Below, piece after piece: positions 13,791 through 27,527 of a DNA stretch of 64,000 nt. Under the pieces are notes generated by a model. The model saw only the letters and a list, made by a program, of their open reading frames with translations. It did not search any database and was not told the origin of the DNA. The translations under genes were made by a program, and so were the position numbers. The stretch covers positions 123,043 to 187,042 of the forward strand of contig MNCI01003059.1 in assembly GCA_015680685.1 (NCBI GenBank). Reading direction: 5' to 3'. This DNA is from Gnetum montanum. Lineage: Eukaryota > Plantae > Gnetophyta. Numbering within the stretch: position 1 is the first letter of the stretch; every line of letters begins with the position of its first letter.

Positions 13791-15519
13791 CATAGTGAGA
13801 GATCATAATTGTTACTTTTGATTTATTACATGTTACAGTGATATTTCTTGTTCATTTAAAAAGATACTAACTAGAAATTTGTAAAGAATTTGAAGTTTGA
13901 AATTTGCTTCAACAAAAGGAAACTTGTTGTAGCCTTAGCGGAGTCGTATCACATGTTGATTTTAATAATTTTATATTTTTGAATTTTTAACAAAGAATAG
14001 GAAAAGGAAAAACAAATTTTAATGAAGGAAATTTTGTTCTTAAGGCTAAACTTTAGAAAAATATTGAAAGAGTGCCAAAAACTTTTCATCTTGATGAATT
14101 AAAGGTGAAGATTCAGAAACATTACTCAATGTTATTATGTGAATATGATTTATTGCCATTAGAAGCAAAAACTATATGCTAATTTATTACATACACCCAT
14201 AGCTTGTATATCTCAAGGCAAGATAAGATCTCTAAAGGATTTGTGAGACCATGATTGGTATTTTTAGGGGATGCAATGGTTGAGTAAATGGAATATCTCT
14301 TCAAGGATGTACATCAAAACCCAAAGCATATTCTATGACTAGTCATGCAAAAGGTTTTAACTCACTTGTGGTGTACTGTGGAAGGCAAGAGAATTTTATT
14401 GACACCATATTAGATATGATAAACTAGATGTAGAACCTCACTATCTATGAGCTACTATTCCGATCAAGTATTAGAATGCTATAAAAAAGCTTCACTTAAG
14501 TTTCCATCATCTTAGAATTAAAAGTGGAAGATGGATTCAACTCTACCAAAATGAGCACATTTGTAGGTTGTGTAGATCAAGTGCCCTTGAAGATAAGATC
14601 CATGTATTTCTTTTTTGCACTATAACTACCCATTTAAGACAACTTTATGATGTTACAGTGTAAAACCTACATGATTTATTTTCGATGCCCCCTAGCGCTT
14701 GGTCAATTTGTAGAGGCTATCTTCATTTTCCATGAAAATGTAATATCTATTAATAGATCTTATGGATCTATGGATGTAATAAAGTTTCATTTTCATATTC
14801 ATTTTGATAAAGTTTTAGCTTACAATTGTTTAAAATTTCATTGTGTAGTAGGTCAATGTGATTTGATATGAAATTTCGGTTTATGTAGTGATTTCTTTGC
14901 TCAAGTTTATTTGTGTCAAAGATGTAAAAATGAAGTGTCTAGTATCATTTGTTCCTATTTTTGCATTGTAAAATGTACAATTGAAGTGTCTAATATCATT
15001 TTTTCTTGTTTTTGCATTATAAAATGATTCTTCGCTTGTATGTTCTGGCTAGAGCATTTCTCACAATTAAAAATTCTTTGTCTATTTGGCATTAATACTA
15101 GTATTCACAAAAGCCTTATAAGCATTTTTAATTAATTTGTTGTAATATTTTTTGCCCATGATTGGTAAAAGTATTTTACTTACAATGGTGCTAAAACTCA
15201 CATTACATTACAGGAACGATATATTTGTTATTGTAATAACATTTTTTAACATCATAACAACAAAATTAAGTAATGGAGATTTTCTTATAAATGTTAAGAA
15301 GTTGGTCTTACACAACTTACTTAAAATTATCATCATGTTTGCAAGATCTTTTAAATGCAACATGATTTTCTTTATTAATCCCTATGTTCATTAGCACCTT
15401 CATTTTCATGTTTCCTCAATAATAGTGGAAGTGTGAAAATAGGTAGAGAACATATTGGAGTTGGCATAGTTAAAGGCTTTAGAATGCATGGAGGGTGGTC
15501 CTGGAGTATGGAGTAAGCA

Positions 15520-16030
15520 AAATCTTAACATATGGCCTAACCATTGTGGTGACAAACTATGGGTTGTGGTGTTCCCATGGTACTTGACCATAAGTTGTAG
15601 TGTCCTTTTTGTGTAGTCATGGTTCCTAAGGTCATGGTCTATATTGAGGCTAAAAACAATGATAAAAAATAATGGTTAACTCATGATTTTTCAACCATAG
15701 GTCGTGGTTAGGTGGAGCTAGTTGCTACAACTGCTTTCTTGTTGCCCTCAACCTCTTGAGCTAATTTTCCTTGACCATGTGTTGTGATGAGCTCATGATT
15801 GCCTAAACATAGGTTGTGGTGATCTCCAGACCTCAAAATATACTGCCCTTCACTCTTACATGCAAATTGTTAAGCCCATAAGTTATAGTGGCCTCATCTT
15901 GTAATGCTACAAGTCATGGTGAGGTCATGGTAGCCCAAAATAGAGACATTTTTACTTTGTATATATCATGAGTTGACCATGAGTCATGATCTAAACTCAG
16001 TGTAGACCATAAGTCATGGTTTCACCTAAA
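15520..16030. repeat. Subterminal-repeat array of a decayed CACTA-like DNA transposon
   Basis: Many short ccata(a/g)gt(c/t)(a/g)tggt / gtcatggt units in both orientations. The same motifs occur at 52400-52620, downstream of a CACTACTAGAAAA terminus. Confidence 0.45.
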
Positions 16031-19000
16031 ATTCAAAATAAAGAGTTGTAGCTTGAAATCACTAGAGGATTTAATGAATATGATGGTTGAACTGACTTGG
16101 ATATAGTACTTGGAGCTCAAATCTAGTGTAGTATGGGATGAATTAAGGTAATAAACATGATAATGGGCTATATGAGATGACATTTAGGAGGCAAATGACA
16201 TTCTCTATATATGGGTAACTCAACATAAAATTTGGGCAATAAAATAGACATGCATGTGCAATTAAAGTGCTGAAAAATATGCCTTGACATGAGAGGCTTC
16301 TACTAGAGTTATTAGAAGGCCATTTACATATAATTAAACATGCAAATCAACTTGTTCTTTAATATACACAAAGGAGGACTTCCATGAAACATAAAGTGTT
16401 CATGCTTTAACACAAAATTTCCACATAATTGGGGCTCAATTTGACATCAAATGTGATAAAAAATGTAGAGCATGAGGACCTCAAGTATTTAGTGGTGTCG
16501 GTCTCTTGAGTTCTTGCATAAAGCATGAAGAAAAAAGATTCAAAGCAAAGCCATTGATATGGGTTTTTTTCTTCACATGAAACCTACCCCAAAAACAATG
16601 TAAAAAACCTCTAATCTATACTCATATACTTCATGAGAAATATCAAACATAATCTATTAACATATTGAAGGAAAAATTACTAACATACATTGAGTAAACA
16701 TCAATAATTAAGATGGCTTTGAAGCCAAAACATTAACTAAAACATATGCATGAAAACATAAACATAAGAACATAAAATATATCATCTCTTAGATGTATGA
16801 GATCCTTTTTCTTGGACCAAATCTCAAGATAACCATGAGGGTTTGAGTGTGAGAGTTGTAAGAACTTTGGAATGTGAGAATGTAAGAGAATTGTGAGAAA
16901 TTTAGGAACTAGGTTTTACTATGGGAGAGTTTGATATTGGAGAACAATGGTTGTAAGATTGTAAGAGATGTGTCCTCTTCATGAAGCTTCAATGGAACTA
17001 GAACATCCTCTCAAAAGGATAAGAAGATGGAGCATGAAAGAAGGAGAAAAAGTTTAAGGAGAGACATCCTCACTTCATTGCTCAATGCTCAAATGCTATG
17101 ATTTATTATTTCTTATAAGAGAGGCCCTTTTCCTCTATTTATAGTTTGAGGAGTGGAGAGGATTTGCAAATCCTTCTCATGTAAGACAATCTTTTCTCCT
17201 CTTGCTTTTATCTTTTAGCATAAAACTATGCTTTCCTAAGGTTTTCTTGGCTATTTTTTTCCATGTTTCTTTGGCTTTCTAGTCTTCTTTGATACATGAC
17301 TTGAAAATATAAAAATTAAAACATTTAAATGATAATAGAGGGATGGAGAAATAAAAAAGACAAAGTTTGGGCATTGCCTAAAATCTTGATAGTATAGTAT
17401 ACAAGCTTTTTTCTAAGCTATGCATGTAACAATTTGAAATACATAAAAGAAATGGACAACTCTATCATGCCTAGATGCAAATCAAGAATTTTCCAAAATG
17501 TGGAGTAGGACAATTATCAAAATGTTTTATGCTTACCTATTCATGGATTTAGGAAAATTCAATGTGAACCTTCAAGTTAATTTAATAAAAACATAACATA
17601 TCATTCATCAACAAGTATAGATTAGATTTCAAGGAATAACAACTAAGGCAATAGCAAAATGCAATGGTAATAGGTTAACAAACTTGCTAAAGAAATAGCA
17701 AACTACAATGTTGAAGATAAAACAAATGCAATAACATGCTTGACTCCTACTCTGCTATGAACTCTACTCATATTTGCTAAAGTTTTTGAAAATTGTAATA
17801 TAGGTGAGGTTACCATTATGGTAAAAATTAAAGATAGTGATTTGGTTCAACCTTGTTTATAAGAACTTTTAAAAAATATGATCATATTATCATGGAATTT
17901 CTTGAAGTAGAGTAGTAAAGGAAGATGTCATAGGCAAAGGGATAGTCGACTTCTTATGATGATCACCTCACATTACAAATGAAAGAGTTGATTCATCAAT
18001 ATTGATAGTTTGAAAATAAGTTTTGTAAAGCCACTATTTCATTCTTTAACTTGAATGTTGATAAGTATTTGAATGAAATTTTTTTTAAATAATTTGTCAA
18101 AGTGGTTAAACTTGGAGAGCATTAGTGATGATAAATTTGAAGTTAACAAAGATATAACTAAACTTTAAAAAACTCATCTTATCGTGGTAAGTAATGATCT
18201 CATATTTGAATTAATGATTTTGTACTATGTTGCAATAGGCTATCTCTTAAGGACAAGGCTTTACATTCTAACTGGAAAAAACAAAGCGATGCTCTCTCTA
18301 ATTCTTTGGAAAAAAAATCAAGAATTAAATAAATTACTATAGCATGCAAAGACCAAAGTAAATGAGAATCAAGAGATCCTCATGTATAACCTTGAGAAGT
18401 TTTAGATTCAATGTTTAGTTCTCTACAATTATCTAGTAAATAATTTGCTAAACTGTAGGCATTAAAAAAATAATAACAATGTTCTCTATCACTTTAGATT
18501 AGGATTCATCGAAAAGAGTTGAAGAACTTATAATGAGGCATGTGAAGTAGGAAGAAGAAAAGAAAAACTTGGCAACAAAAATGAAAAGCTTTTGAAAGAA
18601 AATTAAAGTTTTTAGGAAGCCATTAATTGAGGTTAACAATGAAAAATTCATTTTTGTAGAAAATCTAGAGATAGATAATAAAGCTCATGGTGAGATAGAA
18701 AAGAAGCTTCATGAGCTTCAAGAAGTAGTAATTACATATCTACTTATTGAACATTATATAGGAATGTATTGTTGTCCTTAATTTCAAGGAATATAAATCC
18801 ACCAAAAGTTGCATTAAATTACTCACTAACATTAAAGAAAGTTCACGATGGTTTGGTTCAAATAGCTCTATCTACTAATAGTAATGTCAAGCCATCTAAT
18901 TAGAACCAACCCATATATACTGTGAAAAAATCATCAACTTCTAATGCATCATAAAAGTCTAAATTAAATCCATGCTGAGTGTTGTTGATGAAAAATTGTT

Positions 19001-19062
19001 AGGTATGTTGTTCTAGAATTGTTTTGTACAGCTCATGGAACACTTACAGTTGTCAAGGAGAT

Positions 19063-19717
19063 TGATGAGAGGCGAGGTACCCCTACACTTAACCATACGA
19101 ATACGAGCATTACACGCGCGATCCGATCGAACTCCACAGACAGACTAGTTGTGGCATCTAGACAGTTAGCCTTAGGCCGTAGTTCGCTGTCTTCCCACCT
19201 GGACTAGTATTAGCTTTGTCACGTATGGTTTAGTCCAAAGTGAGGTGTATGATGGGTTTCTAACCTAACGTTACTCCTAAAGGCAATGGAAGGTAATATT
19301 AACTAAGCTAAGAGAGAAAGGGTGAGAGAGAGTCTAGCTAGCCTAAGTGNNNNNNNNNNNNNNNNNNNNNNNNNNNNNNNNNNNNNNNNNNNNNNNNNNN
19401 NNNNNNNNNNNNNNNNNNNNNNNNNNNNNNNNNNNNNNNNNNNNNNNNNNNNNNNNNNNNNNNNNNNNNNNNNNNNNNNNNNNNNNNNNNNNNNNNNNNN
19501 GGAGGAAAAGGGTTGAGAAGAAAAGAAAAAACTAAAATCAAACTTAACTCTAAAAACTAACTAAAAGCTGGATCTATCTACCTCATCTAGGTTGTGATAT
19601 TGCGTACGTGATATCGCGTCATCAGTGATATTGCCAATGCGATATCGCAGGTGTGATATCATGGGTGCGATATCATGGTTGCGATATTGCGGCTGTCAAC
19701 AAATTCATGACTCATCA
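19063..19717 (-). mobile_element. Solo LTR (or collapsed element) of the TGATGA...TCATCA family spanning an assembly gap
   Basis: Starts tgatgagaggcgaggtacc and ends ctcatca. TSD GAGAT at 19058-19062 and 19718-19722. The first 280 bp are homologous to 40789-41070. Confidence 0.9.
19350..19500. other. Assembly gap (151 N)
   Basis: Run of N. Confidence 1.
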
Positions 19718-20879
19718 GAGATTAACCTGACTTGTGATTGTAAATAGTCTAATGAAGAGACTTTTGAATGTTTGGGAATGCTAAATGATTTAAGCTCACA
19801 CTTTCTAAATTGAATATGGACTTACAACATGCCATGTGAGACAAAGGAGATAAAACAATAATAAACACAATGAATGAAATCAAAGAAATATAGTGATATG
19901 ATAAAAGAAAATAAGTGAACTGACAATAAATGGAGAGAAATAACTAACATTGGTATACAAAGGAAAATACCATGATTAACCTTTGATTATAACTAAGAGA
20001 TACAATGATGGAAAAAGAATGGAAAGGAGATAAGGAAAGAAAAAAACTAGTTGAAAAAATATAGATAGAAAGGGTGAAAAAATTAAAGAATGAACAATAT
20101 GCTAAATCAAAAACTTGAAGGCCAAAGGGAAGGATGAAAGCTACAAATTGGATTGATGTTAAGGGAAAATGAAGTTATAGACACTGGTAACCCTATTGCA
20201 ACTAGATGTGCTATCTTTAAAATGACTTCCAAAAGTTGCAAAATGCTTATAGAAGCATTGATATAGAAGAAAAGTAAGTGATGTCACAAAGATGATGTGA
20301 TGTCACTAGTTTAATGTTACTTAGGTGATGTGACTTAGAATAGACTATAAACTATAAACGAACATGTTGATGGATTAATGCTTCTTTGCTAATGATGAAT
20401 GTTGAAGGGAGGGTCCTAGGATGAGATGAAATGATGTAAGTGCTAAAGAGTGTTTGATCATTTTGGATGTCAAATTTTGAGGAGATTGTGAAGTTATTAG
20501 AAGATGTAAAATGAGGATCAAGGCCATGTACTTATAGACTAAAAGAGTGCCTCATGCTTAGTGAACTGAAAATGATACTAAAGACATTATATGTCATTGG
20601 AGATGTTACTAGTTTCTTGATGTTGATGTTGAGCATTACTAAGAACATCCTTGATGAAAATTGATAAAATTTGCAGAGAATGATGGGTGACTATCATTTA
20701 GAGAGATGGTAAGGTGCATGTTTCTCAAGTTAGAGGAAGCGGATTTGAACCTATGTGCAATCACTTAAAGGGGAGGTCTTAAACCCCCAAAAAAATAAAT
20801 AATAAGATTAAAAATATTATGAATACATTAGATTAATGAAGAGAAAGTCTAAAGAAAAAGCCCAATTGCTTTGGGGATT

Positions 20880-21620
20880 CCTTATTAGGTTTTCATCTTT
20901 ACAACCAATCCTAAACAACCTTTTCTCTTGGGTAATAAAAGGATTAGTCCTTGCCCTTATTTAGAAGTGCCCTCATGGATTTTTGTTTCTTACTAAACAT
21001 TTTATTATAAAGAGGAAAGAAAAAACTCTCTAAAGATAAAAGAATACAATAATCATAAATAACAAAAAAATAACAATAGAAGTTGAAAGCTTCCCATCCT
21101 TGAGCCTCCAAAATAAAAAGAAATTAATATTGTAGAAAATAAATTAATTATTCATCTTTCACTAAAATCTTTTTTGCTTGAAGCTATAGCTGAAAATCAA
21201 CATCTTTGTGAATTTTATATTTGACTCTTGAAGAGATGTCATAGTTATGCTCTTATTGTTAGAAAATAACTTTACATCAAAGCTTCCAAAAAGAGGAGAG
21301 AACAAGTGGTCAAAGATACTTTCAAATACAAAGAAAGAAATTAGACAAAGTAATTTGGTTACCAAAAATGATTTCATTGATGTTTGGTTGAAAGTTATAA
21401 ATTCTGGATGTCCATTTTTAAGCATGTTGTACACCAAGACACTAAAAATACATGAGAAAAAGAGTATTCATTTTCACAAAGAGGACATTGAGGAGAAATA
21501 ATTCTCATATGTTTAATATGAGTATCGATAGGTTAGGCTTTCATTCATTCATCAACCCTTTTGGAACCCATCTTAGTGGGATGAGCATTAAGGCCCCAAT
21601 TGATGATCTTGTAGTAGAAG
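20880..21620 (-). pseudogene. Probable decayed 3' part of an L1 ORF2
   Basis: Minus-strand FLFWRLKDGKL at about 21085-21120 resembles the zf-RVT region. 20941-20980 is an inverted homolog of 5670-5710. Confidence 0.3.
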
Positions 21621-21799
21621 ATAAATATGTATTATTAGAATGTGGTGAAGCATATTTTTAAAAATAAAATGATAATTCTTTAGTTGATCTTTATATGAGT
21701 GATTCAAGCTACTAGCATTGGTTCTAGACAATTATATATATAAAAAAGTGTTTAAGTTACATAACTACTTTTAGAGAGTATGCCTTGTTAGTGATCCAA

Positions 21800-24700
21800 A
21801 GGTTGCTCTACTTCTAGAATGGCGATTGGAAGAAGTATGGAGATCCTTCTGGGTTCCATGCTATCTTAGCCATCATACAAAAAAACTACATGGCCTTCAT
21901 TCCTTGTGCACTACATCACAAAGATATGTAGGCTTGTTGGGGAGGCTTTGCCTCTTTGGCCTGGGTTACCATCCTTCTCTTTGAAGTAGGGTTTAGTGCT
22001 AGATACATTATGGTAGAAATACATCTTAGCTTTCCCAAGGGAATGGTATGCGTGTGTATGTTAGTACTCTTTCTATGGTCATATATGTGCACACATCTTA
22101 TTAGTCTTATTTCTTGTATGATTACTAAAAGCATACTTGATATGCTCCTAACTATTAGACTAGTGGAAGTTATGTGCTTATGTATGTTTGCAAGTGCTAT
22201 GATCATTGAGGCATAGTCCATCTTGAGTTCACTCTGAAACACTTGGCCACTTTTGGACTCATGGGTGGTGCTAAGCAATAGTTCTCCAAGGTAGTGTTGT
22301 TACACTTAGTATTAGAGCCAAGGTTTTGGTTCAAGTAAAAGACATATTTGAATAGTTGTAACAAGCTACTACATGTGTCAAACACTATGCATTATGGAAA
22401 GAAAGCTAATCTTGGTTCCCATCTTGTTGAGGATCCAATAATGGAAGAAGAGTTGATACAAGAAGAGGAGTTGGAAGAACATAAGATAGATGAGTTAGTT
22501 GAAAAGATGTAAGTGTTCTGGAAACAATTATTACAAGTAGACAATATAATCATGTGTTCTGTACTAGTAGATGAAAAGGCTCAAATGATTTAAAAGTTGG
22601 TCAATCCCATGTTAGTTCCTTTCTTATCAAAGTTGAGCTTTGTCATCAAGCCCAAACTTGCTCTTACCTAAGACTTTGTGCTAAGAAACTAGGTGGAGTA
22701 ACTTGGGGATGTTATTGATGATCTCTACTTGCTATTTAGAAGTTGCAGGTTGAAGGACAAGAGTTGAGAGTATTATTAGAAAACCAACAAGCATTGATGG
22801 AGAGCCAACAAATGAGATTGAAAGCTTGAAAAATAAATTATCCATGTAAGCAAAGGTGTTAGCATTAAGATCAAGCTAGTCCATTCTTAATTTTCAAGTA
22901 AAGGAGCCAAAAAGTTATGAGGGTAATGGAGACAGTGTAGTTATTGATGCGTTTCTCTTTGTAATGGAAGAGTTCTTGATAATGTGCAAGTATGCCAAGG
23001 AAAAATAAGCCTAGATCATTACCCAATTCTTGGGTAGAGTTCCAAAGACTTGGTGGCTTGGCATTCTCTAAGAAGAAAAAGTTGGGACAAGCAAACCCAT
23101 AAGAACATGAAACCAATTTAAAGAAGCATTAATCAAGAACTTTTGTCTAGGCACTTTCGTTAACAAAACTTAGGTGAAGTTAAAAGATATTCAACACATT
23201 GGGGAGCTAGATAAATATATTAGAAAGTATGAAAATATTAGTATACAAATCACAAATATTAATGAGATTGTAAAATGTAGACTCTTTATCAATGATCTTA
23301 AATCTTAGGTTCAACATGAACTCAAAGCTTAAAAGACCACATGATACAAAGAGGCAATCCAAGTTGCTAGTAGTTTGGTGAATTATAAGGTAGAAAAGAA
23401 AGATAGGGTGTGGTGGAACAACCACATGAGAGTAAGAAATAGTGTAACAAGCCTTAGAGGAGGGATGAGCAAAATGATCATAGTGGCTTCAAGAGCCCAT
23501 ATGCTACCCCTACACTAGATAATCAACCCTCTTACTTGGGGTATGAGAAAACATCAAGCTCCTTAAGAACAAAATGAAATTGGGGATAAATGAACTCATT
23601 TTGGAGGTTTTGCTCAAAATCCTTAGGGATGTCCAAGGATTAAATGCTATGTTTGTGCTAGGAATCACTTTGCTATGGAATATTCTCGTAGCCCTTTGAA
23701 TGTGAATGGTGGAAAAGGTCAAGATGAGAATTGTAGGTTAAATGTAATAGAGCATGAACCTAACCCTCCATTGACAATTTTTAATAAGTTGATCAAGAAC
23801 TAAGAATGGAAGTTTTTGGGATGATGGAATAGGCTCCTAATGGTTTAAGCATCTTGGAAACTGATGGACTATTTAACCTTTAATTTAGGGAAATTACACT
23901 AAGGAGAGAAATATGTGACTAACCTAGTGCTTCAACTTCCTCGATGGGTTGATGCATTAGGCACAAAAATAAAAAAAGGGAGCTAATGCCCCATGGTTTT
24001 TAAAAGAAGGAATGAGTGCCTTTAGATGTCTACAAAATTGTATTGCTACAAAGTGTAGAGGATTGGCTCACATTTTAAGTGAGACTTTGCTCTAGGTAGA
24101 AAGGTTAGTACTATTTGTATGAAAAAGAGCAAACCTTTTCTCACTTAACCTAGGTTGCACGAGCATCTCTAAACCTCGATTAGATGTCAAGTTAAGTTCA
24201 ACATTTGTTATTTATAGTTGATTACCATAGCCATTGAACCTTATTGTCTATAATTATCGGATGGGCATTGGATTGTTTGATATTCTTAATATCCACTTTG
24301 CTCTCCACATTTGGAAAAGTACATGAACAAAGACTTAAGCTTTAAGAACATTGCTACCCTTTTAGAATAGGGGTTGGAAGAAGTGTGGAGATCCTTATAG
24401 GTTCCATGCTATCTTAACCATCATATGAAAGAATTAGATTGCCTTAATTCTTTATGTATTGTGTCATAAGGTTATGTAGGCTTATTGGGGAGGCTTTGCC
24501 TTTCTGGCTTGGGTCATTGTCCTATTTAAAGCTGGGCTTAGGGCTAGATTCGTTAGGGTAGGAATGCATCTTGTCTTGCTTAAGGGAACAGTGTTGTGTA
24601 TGTATGCTAGTACTCTTTCTATCACTGTACATGTATGTGCATATTATTGGTGTTATTACTTGTATGATTACTAAAGGCATACTCACTACGCTTCTAACCA

Positions 24701-24815
24701 TTGGACTAACAATGGTTGTGTGCTTATGTATGTTCATAGGTGTTGTAATCATTGAGGCATGGTTTATTTGAGTTCATTCTAGAACACTTAGCTACTTTTG
24801 GACTTAAGGCTGGTG
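21800..24815 (+). mobile_element. Decayed Ty3/gypsy element with gag remnants only
   Basis: About 470-bp direct repeats at about 21800-22280 and 24350-24815. Degenerate Met PBS tagtattagagc at about 22307. Gag traces NQFKEALIKNF (about 23113) and a decayed knuckle KCYVCARNHFAME (about 23642). Confidence 0.7.
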
Positions 24816-25249
24816 TCATCATATTGTTGGACATATTTATTCTATTCAAGATTTCTTAACATTGATGTATTTTATGCAAGCTAATTTATCTAATACATTT
24901 GTTGGTTCTATATAGACATAATAAAATTTTAGTTCTAGTTTCAATTTTTTTGAGTTCCATCAACCCCACTTTCCCCCATCCTTCCTACTTGAACTACCTC
25001 ACAATATTTTCATAGTTGCATTCATAGTTATTTTATATGTTATAGTTAACATATATAGCATGACATACAATTAAGGTCTCTTTTATTATTTAAGTTCAAA
25101 GTTCAAAACCATTTTTTTTCACATTTTTTTCTTAAATTTAGATGATTGCCTTTGTCTCATTATTATCATCATTGTATCCTTGTTTTGCTTGTTTTTTTTT
25201 TCCATAAATTCTCATTTTTTTCTTACTTGTTGAGTTAGGTAATGCTTTG

Positions 25250-25800
25250 ATAGTACAATATGTCCTAAATATAGGGTCTTTTATAAATAAGCATGTAGTG
25301 TTGCTCATTTGTAAGTGGGCTCCAGATCTTGATGTCCAATCTAAAGAATATGCTAAAGTTCCATGTTTTGTCAAATTATATAATCTTCCATTGATTTTTC
25401 ATAGATTTGAATAGGAAATTATTAGTCTTCTTGATCCCATTAAGGATATGGGGTCTATTATTACAACTCTTGATTTTTGTAGACTTTTTTTTTTTTTGTT
25501 AAAATCAACCTTCTCAATTGTAAAAAAAAAAGGTATTACAAGTAGGAGGAAAAACTTATATTTAGCCAATTACATATTATAATCTTTCTAATTTTTGCAA
25601 CTTTTGTCATTGTGAAGGACATTTGTTTAATACTTGTTCTTTTCTGCTCAAGAAAAAAGATTTTGAAGAAAAGAAAAATATGTTGAACTTGAAGATAGAG
25701 AAAAACAATTTGAAGTTGAAGATATACCAAATCAAGTTAATGTCAATGATAAGAGTGATCAAATGGCAATAAAGAATCTAGAGAAGATAGAAGCTCCTAT
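25250..25800 (+). pseudogene. Decayed L1 ORF1 fragment (DUF4283 and zinc-knuckle region)
   Basis: VGGKTYI.PITYYNL.NFCNFCHCEGHLFNTC at about 25543-25640 aligns with GGKVFKQKVDYFYLPNSCSYCHHAEHHISTC of the intact ORF1. Confidence 0.65.
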
Positions 25801-25913
25801 GTACATTTTTACTAGTACTAGAGAAAGTAGTAAGTAGTTTGGACAAAAGGCTTGTAAGACAAAATTTCCATAGTTGATAAAAATACTATTAACGTAATGA
25901 TTAAAACTAGTGT

Positions 25914-25917
<4 letters not shown>

Positions 25918-25957
<40 letters not shown>
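25918..25957. repeat. (GA)20 microsatellite
   Basis: Perfect GA run. Confidence 0.98.
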
Positions 25958-25960
<3 letters not shown>

Positions 25961-26394
25961 GTGTGGGATGGAGATGGGTTGTTGTCAAACCCCAAAAAAT
26001 TAGTGATAATGAGCAAAGAAAATTTAGAGTACGTAAGCTGATTCTCAATGTACTACTTTTTTGTTTTAAATTAAATATTGATATTATGCTACAGTTCTCT
26101 ATCTTGAATCCTTTTGCTATTTTAAATTCAAACATGAATGTTGAAAAATGATGTAAATTTTGTTAGGATTGGGACCTTTTTCCTTGCTAATAATTAATTT
26201 TCCACACTTCTTTTTTTCAAAATGTTAATTGTAAGGTTTTACACCTAAAGAGTTAAATCGTTATCATCTTTAATTTTTTTTTCAATGTTGTTTATGGCTT
26301 AAGGGGTTTGTTCATTTTTTACCAAAGATTCACAAGTAGTAGGTTGCCAATTCAAACTTCATACTTAAGCATTATTATACTACTTTGTTGGGGG

Positions 26395-26545
26395 TGTTGG
26401 AACCCAAAATAAGTGAAATATAGGTATACCCCAAGATATATAGTCTAATTAGAACTTTATAAAACTCAATATTACCCACTAGAATCAAACCCATGACTTG
26501 GAGCTTCCAAATTAAGTGTCTTACCACTATGCTAACACCTCAATG
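26395..26545 (-). mobile_element. tRNA-derived SINE-like element, copy 1
   Basis: Minus strand has A box TAGCATAGTGG and degenerate B box GGTTTGATTCT at tRNA-like spacing. Body homologous to 27014-27219. Confidence 0.65.
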
Positions 26546-27013
26546 TAAACTAAAATGCCAACTATTCTTAACTATGATGTTACAGCCATTTTATTATTCA
26601 GATAAAAGGTCATTATCTATTAGTGTTTTAGAATTCTGTCAATATTGGCCAATTTTGCAAATATTCTCTACACAATTGCATTTTTGAATAATAGCTATTC
26701 AGCTCTATTATGCTTTGAAAAATCAACAAATTTTGACAAATATTGGCAATTGCTCAAATGTATTGAATAATTGCCAATATTGTTAAATTCAAAATCATTA
26801 TTCTAATATACTCTACAACAAGCTTTAAATCAATTTTAGATTTGGTATAGTTTTGTTGATATTATAGTTATTATTTACATTATTTATAAAGTATAGTGTA
26901 TATTGTACAAGTATACACAAATCAAGTTTACTTCACTAGAATTTGGAGTTAGAGGTGTGTTGAAGTGGCATATGTTAAGAGGAAAATAAGAAATGAGAAG
27001 GTTGCTATTTTTG

Positions 27014-27219
27014 TGCATTGGAATCCTGAAATAATTTTAATATAAGTATATCTAAACTATTTTTATATGTTAGAACTTTGAAATAATTCTAACATAAGTA
27101 CACCCCAAGATATAGTCCAATTAGAACTTTATAACTCAGCATTATCCCTTAGAATGGAACTTGAAACTATGAGCTTTTCAAATCAAAAGTCTTACCACTA
27201 AGCTAACACTTCATTACTA
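27014..27219 (-). mobile_element. tRNA-derived SINE-like element, copy 2, with 16-bp TSD
   Basis: A box TAGCTTAGTGG. Flanked by aaggttgctatttttg (26998-27013) and aaggttgttatttttg (27220-27235). Confidence 0.75.
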
Positions 27220-27527
27220 AAGGTTGTTATTTTTGATATTGAATGGATAGTGCAGACATGGTTATGGTCACTTAAGCATTCTATGAAATTTTAAGGTTTT
27301 TAAATATAAAATAAACTTTAGTATTAACTTTTTTAATTATATCTATATATAAGTATGATGAATAATAACCAAATATTTATAATTATTCACCAATTATCCC
27401 TAAATTAGAAATTGGATGGAGCTGGGCACCTAAATGATGTTCTCAGGAGGGAAAATCTGTGGAATTCTTGCATCATTTCCGTCGTTGCAATTCTGAATCT
27501 TCTTCTGCTCATGCAGCTCAGCTCATC

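Noticed and set aside
13796-14700. Possible CACTA transposase remnant continuing from about 6700-7156 across the LTR insertion
   Set aside because: Only faint similarity by eye; not supportable without a profile search.
16150-18960. Possible decayed retroelement promoter and coiled-coil ORF
   Set aside because: No termini, TSD or diagnostic motif found.
19322-19541. ORFs containing X runs
   Set aside because: Artefacts of the N gap.
25759-26151. ORFs with SLSL/ERER repeats
   Set aside because: Translations of the (GA)n microsatellite.
26465-26545. Functional tRNA gene
   Set aside because: Degenerate B box, no convincing cloverleaf and a shared non-tRNA body; better explained as a SINE.
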